From positions 1 to 64,000 of the forward strand of contig NW_021832869.1 in assembly GCF_006345805.1 (NCBI RefSeq): 64,000 nt of DNA, given 5' to 3'. This stretch comes from Octopus sinensis (taxonomy: Eukaryota). Below, one piece after another: positions 58,181 to 64,000 of the stretch; within the stretch, counting starts at the first letter, position 1; each line of letters begins with the position of its first letter. The position numbers were made by a program, and so were the translations under genes. Below the pieces are notes generated by a model, which was not told the origin of the DNA, ran no database searches, and saw nothing but the letters and a program-made list of their open reading frames with translations.

Positions 58181-60353
58181 CAGACGTCACCAAACTACGG
58201 CCCGCGGGCCGGATCCGGCCCGCGACAACATTTTATCAGGCCCGCGCACTATTTCGAGATATTCAATTAATACCTTAATAATTAACTTAAATAAAAACTT
58301 TAATTAAAAAATTAAACTATTTTGCAAGATTTAATTCGAAAAAAAACTTATCAGCATTAACGTTAAATTTTTCTTTGTTGCTATGTCTAATATGAAAAGA
58401 AAGGTTGACCGCGAATGCCGTGTATTCAATAAATTATGGGAATTGAAGTATTTTTTTGCGAAAGATGAATTAAAGCAGAAAGCTTATTGTTTAATATGCC
58501 ACGAACATCTCTCTGTTATGAAGGAGTATAACATTCGACGTCATTATGAAACGAATCATGTTCCGATATATTCCAAGTACACTGGAAAGCTACGTGAGGA
58601 TAAAGTTGAATCACTGAAACGCACTTTACAAATTCAACAAGGCCTTATAAAAAAAAATTTTGAAAATAATGAAAATGTAACAAGAGCTGGATACGAGATA
58701 ACGAAAATTATTTCACAACACGGGAAACCCTTTAGTGATGGGATGTATATCAAAAATTGCATTATTGAAGCAGTTAATTGTTTGTGCCCACTAAATTCTT
58801 CCTTATTTGATGGAATAAGTTTGTCGGCGAGTTCTGTATCACGGAGAACTGAAGAGCTTGGAACAAATATATATTTACAAATTTGTGAAAAGACAAGTAA
58901 TATGTTGTGGTATTCTCTTGCATTGGATGAGTCAGTTGACATTTCGGGAACATCGCAACTTCTTATTTTTATTCGTGGAGTTGATGAGAATATTTCCATA
59001 ACTGAAGAACTGGCATCTGTTTGTTCTATTCATGGAACAACCACTGGAAAAGATATTTTTGATGAATTGGAACAAACTATAAGTGACTATAACCTTGAAT
59101 GAGAGAAACTGAGTTGTGTTACGATTGACGGGGCAAAGAATATGGCTGGTTTTAAAAAGGGTCTAGTTGGGCAAATAACTAATAAATTGGAGGAATTACA
59201 TATTTCAAACACTTTGTTCATTCATTGCATCCTTCATCAGCACGCACTATGTGCGAAGGCTCTTAATATTTCATGTGTGTTGAATCCAGTTATTCGCATA
59301 ATAAACTTTGTTCGAGGGAGCTCACTTAATCACCGTCAGTTTAAAGTTTTACTTGACGATTTTGGATCTGAATATTTTGACTTACCATATTACACTGCAG
59401 TTAGATGGCTTAGCTGTGATAATGTATTAAATAGATTTTATAAACTCCGAAGTGAGATTGATATTTTTCTAACCAGTAAAAATAACTATTATCCCGAATT
59501 ATCAGATCTTGCTTGGCTATCAAAATTATCATTTTTGGTTGATGTTACAACTCACATGAATGAGCTAAATCTGAAATTACAAGGAAAGGAAAACTTAATT
59601 TGTGATTTCTACAGGATAATTAAAGCATTTCGACAAAAATTGATGTTATTCGAGTCACAACTTGGAGTACGTCAGTTTTCACACTTTTCTTGTTTTAAAA
59701 GTTTTTGTGAGGCAAACTGTAATGAGATCGACATTACTTTCCAAATTGGAATTATCAAAGAATTAAAACATCATTTTTTACATAAGTTTTCTGAACTTGA
59801 CAAAATTGAAAGCGATATAATTTTGTTCGAAAATCCATTTTCTTGTAATGTTGAAAATGTTCAACATGAATTACAATTAGAAGTTATTGACTTACAATCA
59901 AATGAACAGCTCAAAGATTGTCACAGACGGACCAAACTCGCTGAGTTCTACGAATATCTCAAGGATGATGAGTTTCCGAGACTAAAGAATTTTGCGATAA
60001 AGATGATTTCTATATTTGGCACAACTTACCAATGTGAGCAAACGTTTTCGAGGATGAAATATGTTAAGTCTGCCCATCGTGCAAGATTGACTGACGGACA
60101 CTTAAAATCAATTCTCATGATAGGATGCAGCAATTTAAAACCAAATATTGATGAACTTATCAAAAAAAGATCACAGTTCCATAGCTCTCATTAAAATTTT
60201 TGTTTACTTTATTTTTGTTTAAATTAGTTTTTATTGTAAAAAACACACTTATGAATTTCTAGTAAAATTATAATCCTATGCACGTGCTCCGGCCCGCGTT
60301 CATTGTGTTGGGGTCAATCCGGCCCGCGAGTGCAAAAAGTTTGGTGACCCCTG
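58181..60353 (+). mobile_element. Complete hAT (Charlie/GTF2IRD2-like) transposon
   Basis: TIRs CAGACGTCACCAAACT / AGTTTGGTGACCCCTG; perfect 8-bp TSD CCTTAATC; transposase 58383-60194. Confidence 0.95.
58383..60194 (+). pseudogene. hAT transposase with a single in-frame TGA at 59100-59102
   Basis: BED-like CLICH..RRHY, SLALDESVD, DGAKNM (read through the stop), HCILH, VRWLS, FGTTYQCEQTFS; both ORFs are in the same frame. Confidence 0.9.
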
Positions 60354-60361
60354 CCTTAATC

Positions 60362-61110
60362 TAATGCACCACCGAAAGGATAAGGGTACCCCCTTATGAA
60401 TATACTTTTGTAAAGATTTTGTCCTTGCATGAAAAGAATTCAGTGGCAATAAATTTTGTTGAACGTAATAGGAGCGAGGAAAATATGTTGAGCTCAATCC
60501 TTAATCACTCGGAAGACTCCAATATTAATTAGTCTATCTAATAAATTCTAAATAAGTCATGAGCCATTTTTAAACAAAAAACGTGAAAAGAACATAAAAA
60601 GTGTTAAAGGTTCTTCAAAGGAGAATTAATCATGGAGGCTTCCTTCGATGATAAATTATTTAAAAACAAACCAATTTGGATTTTAAAAACCCATCAATAA
60701 GAATTCTGTTAATTTCTTTACTTCCCATAGACTCGTTTTGTTGTTCAACCATATTCTTGTTTATTTTGACATATGAAAGAAGCTGATTCATATCTTCTTT
60801 GATCTCTTTGCTTTTCAAACCATTCTCAGATTATAGGAAATTCACTAAACCTTAGGCTTTTGATCAACAAATGAGTATTTCATAACCAGTGATGAATGGT
60901 AGTCAACGAGTTTCGAGATGCATGCTTCAAAAGCTTTCGGATAATTCATTTTCATCTAAAAATCAACAAATTAGAACAACCTTTGAAACCAGTGCCTGCT
61001 TCTCTTGCTTCTCTTGTGCTGACAACTGATCCCATAGCATCTTGACATTCTGCATACCTTTAGATGCGTTTTCCGTGAAAAATAAAGTAAAAGAGGAACT
61101 ATAATATTTT
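60362..61110 (-). pseudogene. Possible HMG-box protein remnant cut by the hAT and a CRE tail
   Basis: FTLFFTE..KMLWDQLSAQEK resembles HMG-box helices; otherwise degenerate. Confidence 0.3.
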
Positions 61111-61483
61111 ATTATGTTTTTTTTCGATGAAAGTTTTTTTTCCCAAAAAATAATAACGTTAATTCTTGGATTGAGAAGACGAGCGAATAGACAGGCAGTT
61201 TCGCGCAATATCGCGAGCAAAATTCGCTGAAAAAGCCAGTTTTTGAGGCATTAAAAAACTACTTATTATTATTATTTAAGCCAAACAAAATCACCGTCTT
61301 AACCATTAACTAACACGTTCAGGTGATTCCGACATTTCTCAACAGTCGAGCCATGTTTTCACGATGTTCCGACCGTGACCCCACACACTTTCTGTATGTA
61401 CGGTGAAAGGTTTGTGGTCCATTTCCGCGATCCCCCCCCCATTTGCCTCTACGAGAGACTCCAGTGTTCTATGGACAATTAAA

Positions 61484-62020
61484 ATCTTAATAATAAAATG
61501 GTATGGTGTGTGTCTGTCTGTCTGTGTGTCTGTCTGTCTGTGTGTGCACACCAACTTCAAATTCATTTTAACCAAAATGCAGAAAATTTTTTTTTAATTT
61601 TTTTTGGGGGGAAGGTTTTAAGGACTTCATCATGTAAGTCGAGGACATTGTAGTTGTTCATTTTAACCAAAATGCAGAAAATTTTTTTTTAATTTTTTTT
61701 GGGGGGAAGGTTTTAAGGACTTCATCATGTAAGTCGAGGACATTGTAGTTGTTCATTTTAACCAAAATGCAGAAAATTTTTTTTTAATTTTTTTGGGGGG
61801 AAGGTTTTAAGGACTTCATCATGTAAGTCGAGGACATTGTAGTTGTTCATTTTAACCAAAATGCAGAAAATTTTTTTTTAATTTTTTTGGGGGGAAGGTT
61901 TTAAGGACCTCATCATGTAAGTCGAGGACATCGTATTGCCAATTTGAAGTTGGTGTGCACACACAGACAGACAGACACACAGACAGACAGACACACACCA
62001 TACCATTTTATTATTAAGAT
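61484..62020. repeat. Fold-back element: ~80-bp inverted repeats around four ~95-bp tandem repeats
   Basis: atcttaataataaaatggtatggtgtgtg(tctg)n..cacaccaacttcaaatt at 61484-61563, inverted at 61941-62020; internal units start near 61562, 61657, 61752 and 61846. Confidence 0.9.
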
Positions 62021-62168
62021 GATGAACTCCCAATTATTCGCGATAAAGAAATTCAATTCATCCTATGTTTTTCTCTTTAAAATTAATTGCATATATCATT
62101 ATCGACCATGAATCAAAATTAAAGCTATTATCATATTTGACTTTGACAGAATGTGCAATCACAGATTG

Positions 62169-62410
62169 CACGACTTTGAATAGAGTGTGCAATTAACAGA
62201 TTTTGAAAAACCACTTTGATAGTTGAAACCACATTAGCACAATCATTAACACAATTTACCACCAATTGACGCACGACCTTGAATAGAGTGTGCAATTAAC
62301 AGATTTTGAAAAACACTTTGATAGTTGAAACCACATTAGCACAATCATTAACACAATTTACCACCAATTGACGCACGACCTTGAATAGAGTGTGCAATTA
62401 ACAGATTTTT
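62169..62410. repeat. ~100-bp tandem repeat, about 2.4 copies
   Basis: gcacgac.ttgaatagagtgtgcaattaacagatttt.. recurs near 62169, 62272 and 62372. Confidence 0.85.
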
Positions 62411-62439
62411 AAAAACATAATCCATTGTTGCTTCCCTTT

Positions 62440-64000
62440 CTCTTTTTTGTTTTTCTTTTCCTCTTTCTCTTTCTTTCTATCTCACCAATAATCCATTTAT
62501 TGCTAATTCTAATTTTCCATATCTATGTCTGTCTGTTCTGTTTGCAATATCCGTAATAATCGGAAAAAGACCATCCGTTGTGACCGTTGTTATGCCTTTT
62601 TCCATTTATCCTGCATCAAGCTTTCTAAGAAATCTGCCTCTTCCCTTTCCCGATGGGTTTGCTCTGCTTGCTCTTCTTTCCCCCCGTCATATTTCGCTCC
62701 TGCCATCTGTACCGGGTCCTCTGATTTTACTAATCCTATCCCTTCGCCGGACCCCTTCCTGCTTAATCCAGAGTCTGTCTTAAGACTCGCTCGTGATTAC
62801 CGGGCGTCCTATCGTATTCTATAAGAATTCCTCGTTCTGCCCGTTTTTCCGCGGCGAAGGCTCTGTCTGCTTTGATCGAGTCAGTCATTTGTGTTCAGTC
62901 CATTCCGAATTGGAACCGTTTGTTTTGCTTTGCCATATTTGCCCTGGGCTCCCCAGTTCAAGGCTTGGGCTCGGTAAAATCCCTTTCCTCTTCCATCAAG
63001 GAAAATATTAATAAGTTCATGGAGGATTCCTTCATTCTGCCTCCTCTTCTGGGCAAGTCCCATGAACCAACTACTCTTAAAGATAATCGTATTCGTTTAC
63101 GCAAACGTGTCAATTCCTGCCTTATGGCGCATGATGTCGGCTCTGCGGTCCGTATTCTTTCGTCTTCCGATTCCGTCCGTTCGATAACCCCGGATGTCCT
63201 CAAAATTCTCAGCGCCAAGCACCCGGCTGGCGATGTCCCTGCCTTTTGTGCCCGGACCCCTGAGGAGGTCTCGATCGCCTCTTCATCTGTCCAACAACTT
63301 TTGTTTGCTTTGAAATCTTTCAGGGGGAACAGTAGTGGTGGTGTTGACGGTCTCCGTCCCATTCACTTAATGGACCTCATCTCCAATACTGCTGAGGCTG
63401 GAAACCGTCTTTCTCAATCCATTGCCAAGCTTTGTAACCTATTTCTCCGTGGGGACATATCCGAGCATGCCAGACTGCTCTTCTTCTCTGCGAACCTGTC
63501 TGCTTTGGGGAAGAAAGACGGCGGCATCAGACCTATTGCCGTCGGGAACGTTTTTCGTCGCTTGTTTGCAAAGGTCGGATGCAAGCTTGTAATTCCTTCT
63601 ATTAGCGACGAACTCCAGCCCATTCAGTTGGGTGTGGGGGTACCTGGTGGGTGCGAGGCCTCGGTCCACGCTGCCCGGTGTTTCATTGAATCGGCTCGTC
63701 TCTCAGAGCGGCCCCAGTTATTATTAAAATTGGATGTGAAGAACGCTTTCAATTCGCTCAATAGAAAGCATCTTCTTGAGGTTTGCAAGGCCAGAATTCC
63801 TTCTCTGCTGCCCTTCATTTTTCTTTCTTATGGTAACCCGACCCTCTTGGTTGCTGGCGATTCTTTCATTTCGTCTTCCTGTGGCGTACAGCAAGGCGAT
63901 CCTTTGGGTCCTTTATTATTTGCCCTCTCGGTGGACTTTGTCGCCCGCAGGATTGCGTCCCCTCTTAATATTTGGTATTTGGACGACTGTACTATTGGTG
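62440..64000 (+). mobile_element. CRE-like non-LTR retrotransposon 5' half (PHD finger plus RT), continues past the window
   Basis: CSVC..IRCDRC..FHLSC..WVCSAC (PHD); GGVDGLRP, RPIAVGNVFRRL, QLGVGVPGGCE, LDVKNAFNS, GVQQGDPLGP, YLDD. Confidence 0.92.

Noticed and set aside
59100-59102. TGA read as Trp (also at the CRE W-D motif near 18392)
   Set aside because: Only two cases, both in TEs; TGG is used for conserved Trp elsewhere and TGA appears to end ORFs (for example the 417-aa viral ORF). Single-base decay explains it.
61562-62410. CRISPR-like array
   Set aside because: Units are whole tandem copies with no unique spacers; eukaryotic context; no cas genes.

Overview
Left end of a eukaryotic chromosome: a (CCCTAA)n telomere (1-972), then an AT-rich subtelomere. 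An animal-type Kir channel and 22-31 nt spliceosomal introns suggest a reduced animal parasite such as a myxozoan or dicyemid; this is inference, not an identification. The first ~20 kb holds endogenous rhabdovirus-like sequence from at least two, possibly three, viruses. One 6.5-kb insert keeps N(3' part)-P?-M-G-L(5' part) in order, with four intact TGAAAAAAA-C(T)-start gene junctions. There is also a second, divergent L fragment and a divergent G fragment. Every viral piece is joined to the end of a non-LTR retrotransposon (CRE-like or Jockey/I-like). The large insert is bounded by two CRE 3' ends pointing outward. The same junction type joins retroelements to each other and lies next to histone-gene 5' fragments, suggesting repeated RNA-templated capture at this chromosome end. 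The rest holds further LINEs, DNA transposons (hAT, Tc1, Merlin), a LINE flanked by a 1.2-kb direct repeat, and broken or intact-looking host genes (LRR-TM, GlnRS, Obg, eRF3, DRAM-like, Kir). Frameshifts are frequent even in host genes, often in homopolymers, so some may be read errors. Protein assignments are by-eye motif recognition; no searches were run and boundaries are approximate unless TIR/TSD-defined.
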